A stretch of DNA of 64,000 nt from an uncultured Candidatus Saccharibacteria bacterium (GCA_964514595.1 CAZEQZ010000001.1:43914-107913); one strand, 5' to 3'. Counted from the first letter of the stretch, positions 12,416 to 22,886 are shown. The notes: a model not told the origin generated them from the sequence alone. Numbers and translations: made by a program.

Positions 12416-14914
12416 ATGCTAATGAAGGTTGTTAAAAAGAAACAATCCATATTTAATCGTCTTAGCCAGAATGCTAATGTGTCCCTAAGGAGTGCATCTC
12501 TGGTTTCGGAGCATTTCAGAGAGAAGAAAATATCTGCTGTTAGCCTATTTGTAGGAATACTTCTTAATGAGGAATGTATAGCCACTAGAACTATAGAAGA
12601 AATGGGCCTAGATAGGGGCGAAATTTTGAAAGATTTTTTCGATGGAAAGATAGTAGAGATAACAGGGGATACCTCTGTCAAAAGAGAACTATCGCTCTCC
12701 GCTGAGGTTCAGGATATATTCAGGAAGGCATTTGACTATGCGCAGAAGATGGCCCATGTGTATGTTGGTACTGAACATCTAATGTTAGCAATATTAAGCT
12801 CAGATAACCCAAAATTTTCTAGACTTGCGAGCTTCGGTTTAACATATAGATCTTTTAGAAAAGTTCTTGGGAAATTGGCAATGTACCCATTAGGAATACT
12901 TGCTAAGCCGAGAGACATTAATATGCAAAATCAGGGAGAAAGAGTTGTGGATTTTCTAGGAACAGATCTGGTAGAGCTTGGGAGGGAGGGAAGATTGGAT
13001 CCAGTGATAGGGAGGGAGGGTGAAATAGAACAGTTAATAAATATATTGAGTAGAAGAAAGAAGAATAATCCTTTGGTAATAGGTGAAGCGGGGGTTGGGA
13101 AAACGGTATTGGTAGAGGGTTTAGCTCAAAAAATAGCAGATGGCCATGTTCCTCCCTCTCTAAGGGAGATGAGAATAATATCTCTGGATGTTGCAAGCAT
13201 AATGGCAGGGAGTAGGATGAGAGGGGATGTTGAAGAAAAAGTTATGGCAATTGTCCAAGATGTGGTAACTAGTAATAATACAATACTTTTCATAGACGAA
13301 ATTCATAATATAGTCTCTCCTGGTATGCCGGGTACTTCATCTGATATAGCGTCTGTTCTCAAACCTGCACTTCTTCAAGATGATTTTAGGTGTATAGGGG
13401 CAACAACAAGTGATGAATATACGGCATATTTTGAAATGGATAATGCTTTGACAAGGAGATTCCAACCACTTTTCCTCAAAGAAGCATCTTTGGAGGATAC
13501 GGTAGAGATTTTAAAGAATGTCAAGCCAATACTAGAAGCGCATCATAATGTTAGGATTGCGGAGGGAGCATTGGCATCTGCAGCTTCCTTGTCCGATCGA
13601 TATGTGACAGATAGGTATCTTCCGGATAAAGCAATAGATCTGCTTGATGAGGCGGCAGCATCTAAAAGGCTTAAGATAGAGGCAGGATTTAAAGATCTGT
13701 CGGTCTTGATGACAGACATAAAGAGTGTGAGGGTCAAGAAGGAGGCGGAGATTCAAAAAGGGAGGATGGAGGAGGCATTAAATTTACAGAAAAAGGAGGA
13801 TTCTTTGGAACAAAAGATTGCTAAGTTAGAAGCACAGTGCCTAAAGAATAAGAAAAGTATTAGTAATGAGGTTAATACAGAGGACATTAGAAATGTTGTT
13901 TCTAAATGGACGGGAATACCTCTTAATACGTTAGGTAGTAAGGAGAAGAGTGCTCTTTTGAAATTAGAGAATAATTTGAAAAAGTATGTAGTTGGACAGG
14001 AAGAAGCATGTTCCTCTGTTGCTTCTGCCATAAAAAGAGCTAGAACAGGAATAATGGATTCTGATAGGCCGTGGGCTTCATTTCTTTTTCTCGGTCCCAC
14101 TGGTGTGGGGAAAACGGAGTTAGCAAAAGTTCTGACAAAGGAGCTTTTTGGAAATGAAAACAAATTAATACAGATAGATATGAGTGAGATGATGGAGATG
14201 CATAGTGTTTCTAAGTTAATAGGTTCTCCTCCAGGATATGTGGGTTTTCAACAGGGGGGATGGTTAACAGAAAGGGTTAAGAGAAATCCCCACTCAGTAA
14301 TACTTTTCGATGAAGTGGAGAAGGCTCATCCGGATGTATTAAATGTATTACTCCAGATATTAGAGTACGGTCATTTAATGGATGGAAGGGGTAGGAGAGT
14401 GAATTTTAAAAATACAGTTGTAATACTCACATCGAATATTGGAGCGGAAGAGATTAGTAAGGATAAGGTGTTAGGATTTGTAGGCAAGGGGGTAAAGGCT
14501 AGGTCGGATAAGGATATAGATAGTGCATATACATCAATGAAATCTATGTTATTAGAAGAGTTAAGGGACAATCTAAGGCCTGAACTCTTGAATAGGTTGG
14601 ATGACATAGTAATCTTTAGATCACTAACAAGGAGAGATGCTAGAAAGATAGTAAGACTTCTTCTTGGACAGCTGAATGGGAGATTGGTTGAAGAAAAAGT
14701 TAAAGTTGTCTTGGATAGTAAAGCTATTACATACATGATTGAGAATAGTTTTAGTGAGGAGTATGGGGCAAGGCCTTTAAGGAGGTTCTTGCAGGATAAG
14801 GTGGAAAATCTTCTAGCAGAGTACATGCTTAAGGAGAGTGTTAAGTTTGAGAAAGGGAAAGGGGTTGTGGTCAAAATGGTAGTTAAGGGGGATAATATAG
14901 TTATAGATAATTAA
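12416..14914 (+). CDS. clpC: Clp ATPase ClpC (double AAA+ module with short middle domain)
   Basis: Clp_N repeats. Walker A GEAGVGKT and GPTGVGKTELAKVL. Sensor region SVILFDEVEKAHPDVLNVLLQILEYGHLMDGRGRRVNFKNTVVILTSN. Short coiled-coil linker. Confidence 0.85.
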   Translation: MLMKVVKKKQSIFNRLSQNANVSLRSASLVSEHFREKKISAVSLFVGILLNEECIATRTIEEMGLDRGEILKDFFDGKIVEITGDTSVKRELSLSAEVQDIFRKAFDYAQKMAHVYVGTEHLMLAILSSDNPKFSRLASFGLTYRSFRKVLGKLAMYPLGILAKPRDINMQNQGERVVDFLGTDLVELGREGRLDPVIGREGEIEQLINILSRRKKNNPLVIGEAGVGKTVLVEGLAQKIADGHVPPSLREMRIISLDVASIMAGSRMRGDVEEKVMAIVQDVVTSNNTILFIDEIHNIVSPGMPGTSSDIASVLKPALLQDDFRCIGATTSDEYTAYFEMDNALTRRFQPLFLKEASLEDTVEILKNVKPILEAHHNVRIAEGALASAASLSDRYVTDRYLPDKAIDLLDEAAASKRLKIEAGFKDLSVLMTDIKSVRVKKEAEIQKGRMEEALNLQKKEDSLEQKIAKLEAQCLKNKKSISNEVNTEDIRNVVSKWTGIPLNTLGSKEKSALLKLENNLKKYVVGQEEACSSVASAIKRARTGIMDSDRPWASFLFLGPTGVGKTELAKVLTKELFGNENKLIQIDMSEMMEMHSVSKLIGSPPGYVGFQQGGWLTERVKRNPHSVILFDEVEKAHPDVLNVLLQILEYGHLMDGRGRRVNFKNTVVILTSNIGAEEISKDKVLGFVGKGVKARSDKDIDSAYTSMKSMLLEELRDNLRPELLNRLDDIVIFRSLTRRDARKIVRLLLGQLNGRLVEEKVKVVLDSKAITYMIENSFSEEYGARPLRRFLQDKVENLLAEYMLKESVKFEKGKGVVVKMVVKGDNIVIDN

Positions 14915-14923
14915 ATAAACAAT

Positions 14924-16267
14924 ATGAAATACGTATGCTCATCCTGTGGCTCGGAGTCTCTTAAATGGTCTGGAAAGTGTCCAGTATGCGACGAATGGGG
15001 GACACTTGAGGAGGTGAATGAGGTTTTGGAACAAACACAGAGGGCAAAGCCTGTAGTGCCATCCAACTATATGCCAATTAAAGAGGTTGGTAATAAGTCC
15101 TCTAGTGTTGGTGGGCGTATAGAGACAGGATATAAGGAACTAGATAGAGTCTTAGGGAAAGGAATAGTCGAAGGTGAGGTAATCCTACTTAGTGGTGAGC
15201 CGGGAGTTGGAAAATCAACCCTCCTTATGCAATTAGTTCTTAAGTTTGCTAAAAGAGGAAAGGTATTATATGTATGCGGTGAAGAATCCCCTGCGCAATT
15301 AAATTCGAGATTGGAAAGAATATCTTCTAAGAAATTAACGGAGAAAGAAAGGGGGAATTTCGTTTTAACAGAGGATGTGGTAGTTGAAAATATCGCAGAA
15401 CTTATAAAAAGTGATAACTTTGAACTTGTAGTAATTGACTCGATTCAAAGTATGAGCTCCCTCTCCTCAAAGGGATATCCTGGAAGTATTAGTCAGGTAC
15501 GAATAAGTGGTTCCGTATTAACAAGGGTCTCGAAAATGACGGGAGTGCCTATGTTCATAGTAGGGCAGATCAATAAAGGTGGAGATATTGCTGGGCCAAA
15601 AGTTTTGGAGCATATAGTGGATTGTGTTTTGTATATGGAAGGGGATCAATACAATCAGTATAGGATAGTTAGGAGTATGAAGAATAGGTTTGGCTCTACG
15701 AACGAGATAGGTGTATTCGAGATGCGAGGTGACGGATTAAAAGAGGTGGGGAATCCATCTTTGGTGTTCCTAGAGTCGGAGAGTAAGTCCTCTGGTAGCG
15801 CGATAGGGGCGGTTATTCAAGGTTCAAGGGTTGTTTTTGTTGAAGTTCAGGCATTAGTGGTAGAGAGGGAAAGTGAGGCTGGGCCATTAAGGAGAGTTGC
15901 TAATGGGATTAAAAAGCCAAGGCTTGATATGCTATGTGCTGTGATGTCCAGGAAAGGCAAAGTGTTTCTGGGAAATAAGGATGTGTTTGTGAATGTTGTA
16001 GGAGGAATTACTGTAAATGATCCAGCCATTGATTTGGCAATATGTGCGGCTATTAGATCTTCGGCAGAAGAAATAGTTCTTCCTAAGAGCACAATATATT
16101 TTGGAGAGGTAGGTCTTACGGGGGAGGTTAGAGGTACTTGGGGGGTGGATTCGGTTGTCTCCGAGGCAGTTAGGGCAGGTTATGAAGAGTTGGTAGTTGG
16201 AAGGATGAAGGTGGGGCAGGCTAAGAATCTGAAAATAAGGAAGGTCTCAAAAATCAGTACAATTTAA
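14924..16267 (+). CDS. radA: DNA repair protein RadA/Sms
   Basis: N-terminal C4 zinc finger CSSCGSESLKWSGKCPVCDEWG. RecA-like GEPGVGKSTLLMQ. KNRFG motif. Lon-like C-terminal domain. Confidence 0.9.
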   Translation: MKYVCSSCGSESLKWSGKCPVCDEWGTLEEVNEVLEQTQRAKPVVPSNYMPIKEVGNKSSSVGGRIETGYKELDRVLGKGIVEGEVILLSGEPGVGKSTLLMQLVLKFAKRGKVLYVCGEESPAQLNSRLERISSKKLTEKERGNFVLTEDVVVENIAELIKSDNFELVVIDSIQSMSSLSSKGYPGSISQVRISGSVLTRVSKMTGVPMFIVGQINKGGDIAGPKVLEHIVDCVLYMEGDQYNQYRIVRSMKNRFGSTNEIGVFEMRGDGLKEVGNPSLVFLESESKSSGSAIGAVIQGSRVVFVEVQALVVERESEAGPLRRVANGIKKPRLDMLCAVMSRKGKVFLGNKDVFVNVVGGITVNDPAIDLAICAAIRSSAEEIVLPKSTIYFGEVGLTGEVRGTWGVDSVVSEAVRAGYEELVVGRMKVGQAKNLKIRKVSKISTI

Positions 16268-16412
16268 GCTCTATTTTTATTTTGCCTCCTAGATATCCAC
16301 CAGTTAGGTAACAGCTATATTTTACGTAACCCAGGCAGTACGCGTGCCCTGGGAGTGCTTTATAGTAAGTGCTTCCCAACGGACTGTGCCTATGTGGATA
16401 CAGTATATAGGG

Positions 16413-16441
16413 TTGACAATTATCATGCAAAAAGATATACT
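16413..16441 (+). promoter_or_regulatory. near-consensus sigma70 promoter TTGACA-17nt-TATACT, candidate rho leader promoter
   Basis: Read directly. Lies in the 516-nt non-coding gap between radA and rho, about 340 nt upstream of the rho ATG. Confidence 0.4.
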
Positions 16442-16783
16442 TTATACAGATCTTTCAAATATATGTGGATATCTTAGTTTTCTCCCTTTGTCTGGGGTGT
16501 CACAAGCACAACTGGGCAACAGGAAAAGATTAAGATATCTTCCGTCTCTTTCTCTCTCTATTTGTATTATGAATATAGCAAGAAGAAGATGGGAAACATG
16601 TATCATGTTCTTCGAGACTTTTCCTAATTTAAGGAAAAGAACCCGGGGTCGGTTGGGGCAGTACCGATCCCTTCTTCTTTATCCCATACGATTTTCAAAG
16701 TATTTGACATCTCATTTTGATTTCAATATACTTCAAATATCATATGGCTAAATAGCCCCATATTTTAATTCCCTAATAATCAA

Positions 16784-18049
16784 ATGGTTAAGAAAACTAA
16801 GAGTATTAAAGAATATGAGCAGATGAATCTTGCTGATTTACGCTCAGAAGCTCAAGATTTAAAACTTGAGAATTTTATGGAACTTCCAAAGAGAGAACTA
16901 ATTATTGAAATCCTAAAAAAATCAACGAATGATGAGGGATTTGTTTTTGTAGAGGGTATATTGGAGGTATTGAAGGATGGATCACACGGTCTTTTAAGGA
17001 CAGATGGGCTTCTTCCAGGAGATAATGATGTATATATATCTGGTTCTCAGATAAAGAAATTTAGTTTAAGAACAGGTGATGAAGTTGCTGGTCCAGCAAG
17101 ACTACCTAAAGAGAAAGAGAAATTTCTAAGTCTACTTAGGGTTGATACCGTATATGGAAAACCTGCTGCAGAGGCCGTAAAGAGGCCAAATTTCAGAAAA
17201 TTAACACCAATATTTCCTAAAAAACAGATTAAATTAGAAACAGATCAAGAGACAATATCTACTAGAATGATAGATTTATTATCACCAATAGGGTTTGGTC
17301 AGAGATCTATGGTTGTATCACCACCAAAGGCAGGAAAAACTTGGCTACTTAAAGATATAGCAGATGGGGTGGCTAAAAATCATCCAAAAGCTAAATTGAT
17401 AGTAGTACTAGTAGGGGAAAGGCCTGAGGAGGTAACTGATATGAAGAGGTTTGTTAAAGGAGAGGTATATGCCTCAAACTTTGATGAACTTCCAGAGCAT
17501 AACTGTAGGGTTGCAGAGATGGCACTTCAGAAGGCCATGAGGATGGTGGAGTGGGGTGAGGATGTGATTGTATTAATGGATAGTATTACTAGATTAGCAA
17601 GAGCATACAATATCACTATGCCCACATCTGGAAAAACACTCTCAGGAGGTTTTGATCCAGTAGCTTTGTATCCTCCAAAGAGATTTTTTGGTGCAGCCAG
17701 AAATTTCGAAGAGCAAGGAAGTCTCACAATTATAGCTACTGCTTTGGTAGAGACAGGAAGTAGGATGGATGATTTAGTATATGAGGAGTTTAAAGGTACT
17801 GGTAATATGGAACTCCACTTGGACAGAAAACTAGCTAATAAGAGAATATATCCTTCAATTGATGTGATTAGTTCAGGTACTAGAAATGAAGAGCTACTTT
17901 TAGGAAAAGAGGTTCTAAATCAATCATGGAGAATTAGAAGAATGTTGGAAGTGCTAGATTCCAATGAAGATCCAACCGATGTGTTGATTAGTAGGCTTAA
18001 GAAAACCAAGAGTAATGAAGAATTCCTAGCTACTCTGCATGAAGCATAG
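16784..18049 (+). CDS. rho: transcription termination factor Rho
   Basis: Rho N-terminal domain. Walker A SPPKAGKTWLL. RIYPSIDVISSGTRNEELL signature. Confidence 0.9.
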   Translation: MVKKTKSIKEYEQMNLADLRSEAQDLKLENFMELPKRELIIEILKKSTNDEGFVFVEGILEVLKDGSHGLLRTDGLLPGDNDVYISGSQIKKFSLRTGDEVAGPARLPKEKEKFLSLLRVDTVYGKPAAEAVKRPNFRKLTPIFPKKQIKLETDQETISTRMIDLLSPIGFGQRSMVVSPPKAGKTWLLKDIADGVAKNHPKAKLIVVLVGERPEEVTDMKRFVKGEVYASNFDELPEHNCRVAEMALQKAMRMVEWGEDVIVLMDSITRLARAYNITMPTSGKTLSGGFDPVALYPPKRFFGAARNFEEQGSLTIIATALVETGSRMDDLVYEEFKGTGNMELHLDRKLANKRIYPSIDVISSGTRNEELLLGKEVLNQSWRIRRMLEVLDSNEDPTDVLISRLKKTKSNEEFLATLHEA

Positions 18050-18092
18050 ATAATTGATATAATATTAGGTATCAATTAACATATCTACTATC

Positions 18093-19466
18093 TTGGATAA
18101 AGATAATATTTCCGAAAATAAAAATATCTCTGGTTTAAGCTTTAGAGAGCTCTCTAATAGACGTATACAACAATACAGAAGTAGGAGTGATCTAGAAAGT
18201 TTTCTTTTTGTGGATGATGATATTAGCAAAGGAAGCACCCTTAAAAAACTAAGAAGATTCATCTATGAAGGATATATTAAACAGACGAATAAAAGGGGGG
18301 TATTCTCCTTCCTGTTCTCTCTTTTTGACTATACGTATGCAAGATTAAGGGTTTTGTTGATTCTTCTTTCCGTTATACTAGATATGTTCTTTAAATCATT
18401 TGAGAACATAAAGGATAACTTAACGAGAAGAATGTTCTGGGGAAGAGGTAATTTTCTTGGTTCTGCACTCCAGGTAGTGGCTTTTGTTTTAATATTTATA
18501 GTAGTCATTTCATATCTATATAGAAAACCTGTTGTTATTGTTGCTAGTGATGGACAGTTGGATAGAATAGGGGTTCCAGAAACGGACATCATGGTTATGA
18601 ATGCGTCCTTGAATACACTTGTCCCACAAGATAGGGCAAGAAGATCAGTTGAGCAGTATGTAGTTAAAGGAGGTGATACTTTAAGTACGATTGCAGAGTA
18701 CTACAGTATTAGTACAGAGTCTATACTATGGGCAAATAATATGACTGCTCGTGATTTCATAAAGCCTGGTCAAACTCTTGAAATACCTCCGAGTGATGGA
18801 GTTTTGGTTACAGTTGCTAAGGGTGATACATTAGCAGGTTTGGCAAAAAAATATGAGGCAAATGAACAATCTATAGCAGATTTTAACTGGTTAGACTATC
18901 CCTTTACGCTTGAAGAGGGGGCGAAACTATTTATACCAGATGGAAAGATGCCAGCTCCTCCAAAGCCAGTCATAGCATCCACTCCATCATTCTATGTCTC
19001 CAACCAGTATACTACTGCAAGTACAGCTGCTGCAGTTGGAGATCCAAATGTTGGTAGATTCATATCTTGGCCTGTTGCAGGTGGAGCAGGTGTAATATCA
19101 CAAGGGTACAGAGCATATCATAGGGCAATAGACATTGCATCTAGTGCAATGCCCAATATCGCGGCAGCGGCACCAGGTACAGTTATATTTGCTGGATGTA
19201 GTGGATACTGTCCTCCGTTAGGTTCCACATACGGGGGATCAGGTTATGCTTGGTCTATACAGATAGACCATGGTAATGGATATACCACATGGTATGCACA
19301 TCTAAAGAACATATATGTGAGGTCAGGGCAGTACGTTGGAAGAGGAGAGGCTATTGGCCAGATGGGTTCTACTGGTCGTTCAACGGGTGTACATCTCCAC
19401 TTCGAACTTAGGAATGGAGTAGGTTTTGGATCTCAGGTTAATCCATTAGGTTTTGGGAATTGGTAG
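18093..19466 (+). CDS. LysM-domain M23 family metallopeptidase (cell-wall hydrolase). TTG start uncertain, and the TM anchor suggests the true start is further downstream
   Basis: Two LysM repeats (VVKGGDTLSTIAEYY..., VAKGDTLAGLAKKY...). M23 motifs HRAIDIA ... GSTGRSTGVHLHFEL. Confidence 0.8.
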   Translation: MDKDNISENKNISGLSFRELSNRRIQQYRSRSDLESFLFVDDDISKGSTLKKLRRFIYEGYIKQTNKRGVFSFLFSLFDYTYARLRVLLILLSVILDMFFKSFENIKDNLTRRMFWGRGNFLGSALQVVAFVLIFIVVISYLYRKPVVIVASDGQLDRIGVPETDIMVMNASLNTLVPQDRARRSVEQYVVKGGDTLSTIAEYYSISTESILWANNMTARDFIKPGQTLEIPPSDGVLVTVAKGDTLAGLAKKYEANEQSIADFNWLDYPFTLEEGAKLFIPDGKMPAPPKPVIASTPSFYVSNQYTTASTAAAVGDPNVGRFISWPVAGGAGVISQGYRAYHRAIDIASSAMPNIAAAAPGTVIFAGCSGYCPPLGSTYGGSGYAWSIQIDHGNGYTTWYAHLKNIYVRSGQYVGRGEAIGQMGSTGRSTGVHLHFELRNGVGFGSQVNPLGFGNW

Positions 19467-19576
19467 TTAGTACCCTACGTCCGATTTTGCAAATAACGTT
19501 GATCTGATAATCCCTATACACTTTCTTTTAACAAAATTTAATGTACTATAGGGGGAGGGTCAATCCAATATATCTG

Positions 19577-19585
19577 TGATATAAT
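19577..19585 (+). promoter_or_regulatory. extended -10 element TGaTATAAT upstream of tRNA-Ala pair
   Basis: TGATATAAT ends 9 nt before tRNA 5' end. No good -35. Confidence 0.35.
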
Positions 19586-19594
19586 CTTGCTGTT

Positions 19595-19667
19595 GGGCTC
19601 ATAGTTCAGAAGGTAGAACATCGCATTCGCATTGCGAAGGTGGCTGGTTCGATTCCAGCTGAGTCCA
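19595..19667 (+). tRNA. tRNA-Ala (anticodon CGC)
   Basis: GGGCTCATAGTTCAGAAGGTAGAAC...loop TTCGCAT...GGTTCGATTCCAGC...TGAGTCCA. G3:U70 present. Confidence 0.85.
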
Positions 19668-19679
19668 TATATATGATAT

Positions 19680-19753
19680 GGGCCTGTAGCTCAGCTGGCT
19701 AGAGCACATCGCTGGCAGCGATGGGGTCAGGGGTTCAAACCCCCTCAGGTCCA
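19680..19753 (+). tRNA. tRNA-Ala (anticodon GGC)
   Basis: GGGCCTGTAGCTCAGCTGGCTAGAGC...loop CTGGCAG...GGTTCAAACCCCT...CAGGTCCA. G3:U70 present. Confidence 0.85.
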
Positions 19754-20187
19754 ATGTTGTCTTTCTCCAAATAATTCAGAATTAATCCAATATGTCTTTT
19801 ATCTTTCTCTTTATTTCTTTTTGCCTTCAGTTCTAATAAACTTTCTAATGATTGGAAAGGATATTTTTTTATGAAATGTACATCCTTATAAACACTTTCA
19901 AAGGTATATTCTCTGGGATCCCATTCGTCGTATATGCACAATTTTCCTTCTAGAAAAGGTATAACATTGGTATTATTTTGGTGATTATGTATAATTTCAC
20001 CAAATTCCTTTACCTTCTTCCATCCGCTATCGGAAACCAATATATCAATATCATTTATTTCCTCTATTGGCCTTATCCCCAAAGCATACATAATTCCAGA
20101 ACCCATAATAATATATTCGTCAGGATTCAAATTTAAACTATCTAGTTTTTTGAAGATAGGGTGACTCTTTAAATCTGTATTTTTCAT
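19735..20187 (-). CDS. minimal nucleotidyltransferase-fold protein (Pol-beta superfamily-like)
   Basis: GSGIMYALG-x12-DIDIL fits the hG[GS]-x(9-13)-Dh[DE]h motif. Stop overlaps the 3' end of tRNA-Ala by about 19 nt. Confidence 0.5.
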   Translation of the reverse strand: MKNTDLKSHPIFKKLDSLNLNPDEYIIMGSGIMYALGIRPIEEINDIDILVSDSGWKKVKEFGEIIHNHQNNTNVIPFLEGKLCIYDEWDPREYTFESVYKDVHFIKKYPFQSLESLLELKAKRNKEKDKRHIGLILNYLEKDNIGPEGV

Positions 20188-20336
20188 CTCTAGACATTAT
20201 ACATTCTTTTGTACACAATCATATATACAACCTTAATTTCGTTCCACAGCCACGTTCCACAAACCAACTAAACCCCATTCTTTTAATGTTTTCTTTTTTC
20301 CTGTAAAATATCCCAATCAAATATAAATAACCAACC

Positions 20337-22760
20337 ATGGAATACAATCCAAAAGAATTTGAACAAAAGTGGCAAGATAGGTGGTTCTCCGACCTGTCCT
20401 ATGAAGGAAAAGACTTTGATAAAAAGGGAAAATACTACCTCTTAGTAGAATTCCCATACCCATCTGGAGACAGTATGCACATGGGTCATACCAGAAACTA
20501 CTCCATGATGGATGTAGTGGCAAGATTAAGAAGAATGAAAGGCCAAAATGTCATATTCCCAATGGGTTGGGATGCATTCGGTCTCCCCACGGAAAACTAC
20601 GCTATTAAAGTAAAAAGACCCCCTCAGGAGATAACGAAGGAAAATGTAGAGAACTTCAAAAAGCAATTAAAAAGCTTAGGCTTAACATTTGATTGGAGTA
20701 GGGAGATTAATACAACGGATCCAGAGTACTACAAATGGACCCAATGGATATTCCTTAAGATGTATGAAAAAGGCCTAGCATACAAGACAGAAATGCCAAT
20801 TAATTGGTGTCCGAAATGTAAGGTGGGATGTGCAAATGAGGAAGTTATAGATGGCAAGCATGAAAGATGTGATACTCCAGTCGAAAGAAGAAACATCAGT
20901 CAATGGGTACTTAAGATAACGGAGTATGCAGACAGGCTAGATAAAGACCTGGATCTCACAGAGTATTGGGAAAGTGTAAAAACTAGACAAAGAAATTGGA
21001 TAGGGAAGAAAACATGGTATGACATAGAGTACGAAGTAGAGGGAACAGATCTTAAGATAAAGGTCTCAACAACAAGGCCAGATACTCAATTTGGAGCCAC
21101 ATTTGTTGTTATTGCTCCTGAGCATGAGATTATAGAGCAGTTAAAGAAATATATGGATGATAAGGCAGTCAAAGAGGTGGAGAAATATCAGGATGAGAGT
21201 AAAAAGAAATCAGAATTAGATAGAATTAGTGAAACACGAGAGAAGACTGGTGTAAATACTGGATTATTTGCCAAAAATAGCATAACCGGCCGAAGTATGC
21301 CAATATTCCTTGCGGACTTTGTTCTAACAACGGTTGGGACTGGTATGGTGGTAGGAGTGCCTGGACATGACTTGAGAGATTTCGAATTTGCTCAGAAATT
21401 TAATATTCCTGTAATTAGGGTAATAGAGGGACCCAATGGTGATAGGTCTGATATAGATAAAATAGAAAAAGTATACGAAGGGGAGGGGATTGTTTTCAAC
21501 TCGGGGTTTTTGGACGGGATTAGCAGTGAAGGTGCTAGAGTGGAAGTGGGGAAGTATATAAAGAAGAAGGGTATAGGAGATATAGTTGTTAGATATCACC
21601 TTCGTGATTGGATATTTTCTAGACAGCATTATTGGGGAGAGCCAATCCCTATAGTTTTTTGTGATAAATGTGGAGAAGTAGCTGTTCCGGAAGATCAATT
21701 ACCTGTGGAACTGCCAGTTGTTGAAAGTTACGAACCAACAGATACGGGGGAATCGCCGTTGGCAAATATTACCCAATGGGTCAATACACAATGTCCGAAA
21801 TGTGGTGGTCCTGCAAGAAGGGAAACAGACACAATGCCTAATTGGGCTGGTTCTAGTTGGTATTTCCTAAGATATATAGACCCGAAGAATTCGGACATAC
21901 TTGCTGATCCTGACAAGTTAAAATACTGGCTTCCAGTTGATCACTATGAAGGCGGTTCTGAACATGTTACTCTCCATCTTCTGTACTCCAGATTTTGGCA
22001 CAAATTTCTATATGATATAAATGTTGTACCAACACCAGAACCTTATCACAAAAGGACAATTCACGGTATTGTGTTAGGAGAAGGTGGAGTAAAGATGTCA
22101 AAATCATTGGGAAATGTAATTAACCCAGATGACCTAATAGAAAAATATGGTGCAGATGTAACAAGAGCATATATGATGTTTATGGGTCCATATGAAGGAG
22201 ATGTATCGTGGAATACCGAAACCATAAATGGGGTTAAAAGATTTGTGACAAAGTACTACAGGTTCCTATTATACGCTTGGGGAAATAAAGGGGAAAGTAC
22301 CCTGAAGGAACAGAAGGCCGTTGCAAGGCTAATCAAAAGAGTAGAGAGAGACATACTAGACTTCAAATTCAATACAAGTATTTCTGCTCTTATGGAATTC
22401 TTTAATGAATTCCACGAATCAACCTTCTCGAAAGAAGATTTAGAGAAATTGATGGTATGTGTGGCACCGATTTTACCACATCTGGCAGAAGAGATTTGGG
22501 AGAAAACAGGACATGACTATAGCGTCCATATGCAAACTTGGCCCAAGATTGATGAAAAACTTCTCGAAGAAGACGAAATAGAGATACCAGTTCAAATTAA
22601 TGGAAAGGTTAGAGGAAAGTTGAAAGTTTCAACAGATTTGAACGAAAAAGAAGTACAAGAGAAAGCGTTGTCAGAAAAGGCTTTTGAGGCATACTTGCAA
22701 GGTGGCAACATAAAGAAATTTATATATGTCCCGGGCAGAATAATTAATGTTGTTGTATAG
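20337..22760 (+). CDS. leuS: leucyl-tRNA synthetase
   Basis: HMGH (HIGH) motif, KMSKS motif, editing domain. Length 807 aa. Confidence 0.93.
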   Translation: MEYNPKEFEQKWQDRWFSDLSYEGKDFDKKGKYYLLVEFPYPSGDSMHMGHTRNYSMMDVVARLRRMKGQNVIFPMGWDAFGLPTENYAIKVKRPPQEITKENVENFKKQLKSLGLTFDWSREINTTDPEYYKWTQWIFLKMYEKGLAYKTEMPINWCPKCKVGCANEEVIDGKHERCDTPVERRNISQWVLKITEYADRLDKDLDLTEYWESVKTRQRNWIGKKTWYDIEYEVEGTDLKIKVSTTRPDTQFGATFVVIAPEHEIIEQLKKYMDDKAVKEVEKYQDESKKKSELDRISETREKTGVNTGLFAKNSITGRSMPIFLADFVLTTVGTGMVVGVPGHDLRDFEFAQKFNIPVIRVIEGPNGDRSDIDKIEKVYEGEGIVFNSGFLDGISSEGARVEVGKYIKKKGIGDIVVRYHLRDWIFSRQHYWGEPIPIVFCDKCGEVAVPEDQLPVELPVVESYEPTDTGESPLANITQWVNTQCPKCGGPARRETDTMPNWAGSSWYFLRYIDPKNSDILADPDKLKYWLPVDHYEGGSEHVTLHLLYSRFWHKFLYDINVVPTPEPYHKRTIHGIVLGEGGVKMSKSLGNVINPDDLIEKYGADVTRAYMMFMGPYEGDVSWNTETINGVKRFVTKYYRFLLYAWGNKGESTLKEQKAVARLIKRVERDILDFKFNTSISALMEFFNEFHESTFSKEDLEKLMVCVAPILPHLAEEIWEKTGHDYSVHMQTWPKIDEKLLEEDEIEIPVQINGKVRGKLKVSTDLNEKEVQEKALSEKAFEAYLQGGNIKKFIYVPGRIINVVV

Positions 22761-22794
22761 CCATTTTTTAGATGTAAAAATTTGAGCAAAATCC

Positions 22795-22823
22795 TTGACG
22801 GATTACTCAATTTCCTCTATTAT
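22795..22823 (+). promoter_or_regulatory. candidate sigma70 promoter TTGACG-17nt-TATTAT for the giant-protein operon
   Basis: Read directly. 64 nt upstream of the ATG at 22887. Confidence 0.45.
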
Positions 22824-22886
22824 TATTCATAGGTTGGGGCACTAAAATTTTACCGTTAAAACAGCGTTTTCTACTGTCTAGAAAAA

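Noticed and set aside
16344-16751. 135-aa ORF in the radA-rho gap
   Set aside because: No start context, no domain signature, and amino-acid composition unlike neighbouring genes. Better explained as the untranslated rho leader.
20188-20336. T-box riboswitch leaders upstream of leuS, argS, trpS, proS
   Set aside because: Upstream non-coding spaces are below about 150 nt (leuS 149 nt, argS 23 nt after a tRNA, trpS 41 nt, proS 32 nt). That is too short for a 200-300-nt T-box, and no specifier-loop/T-box consensus (AATTAGGGTGGTACCGCG-like) was seen.
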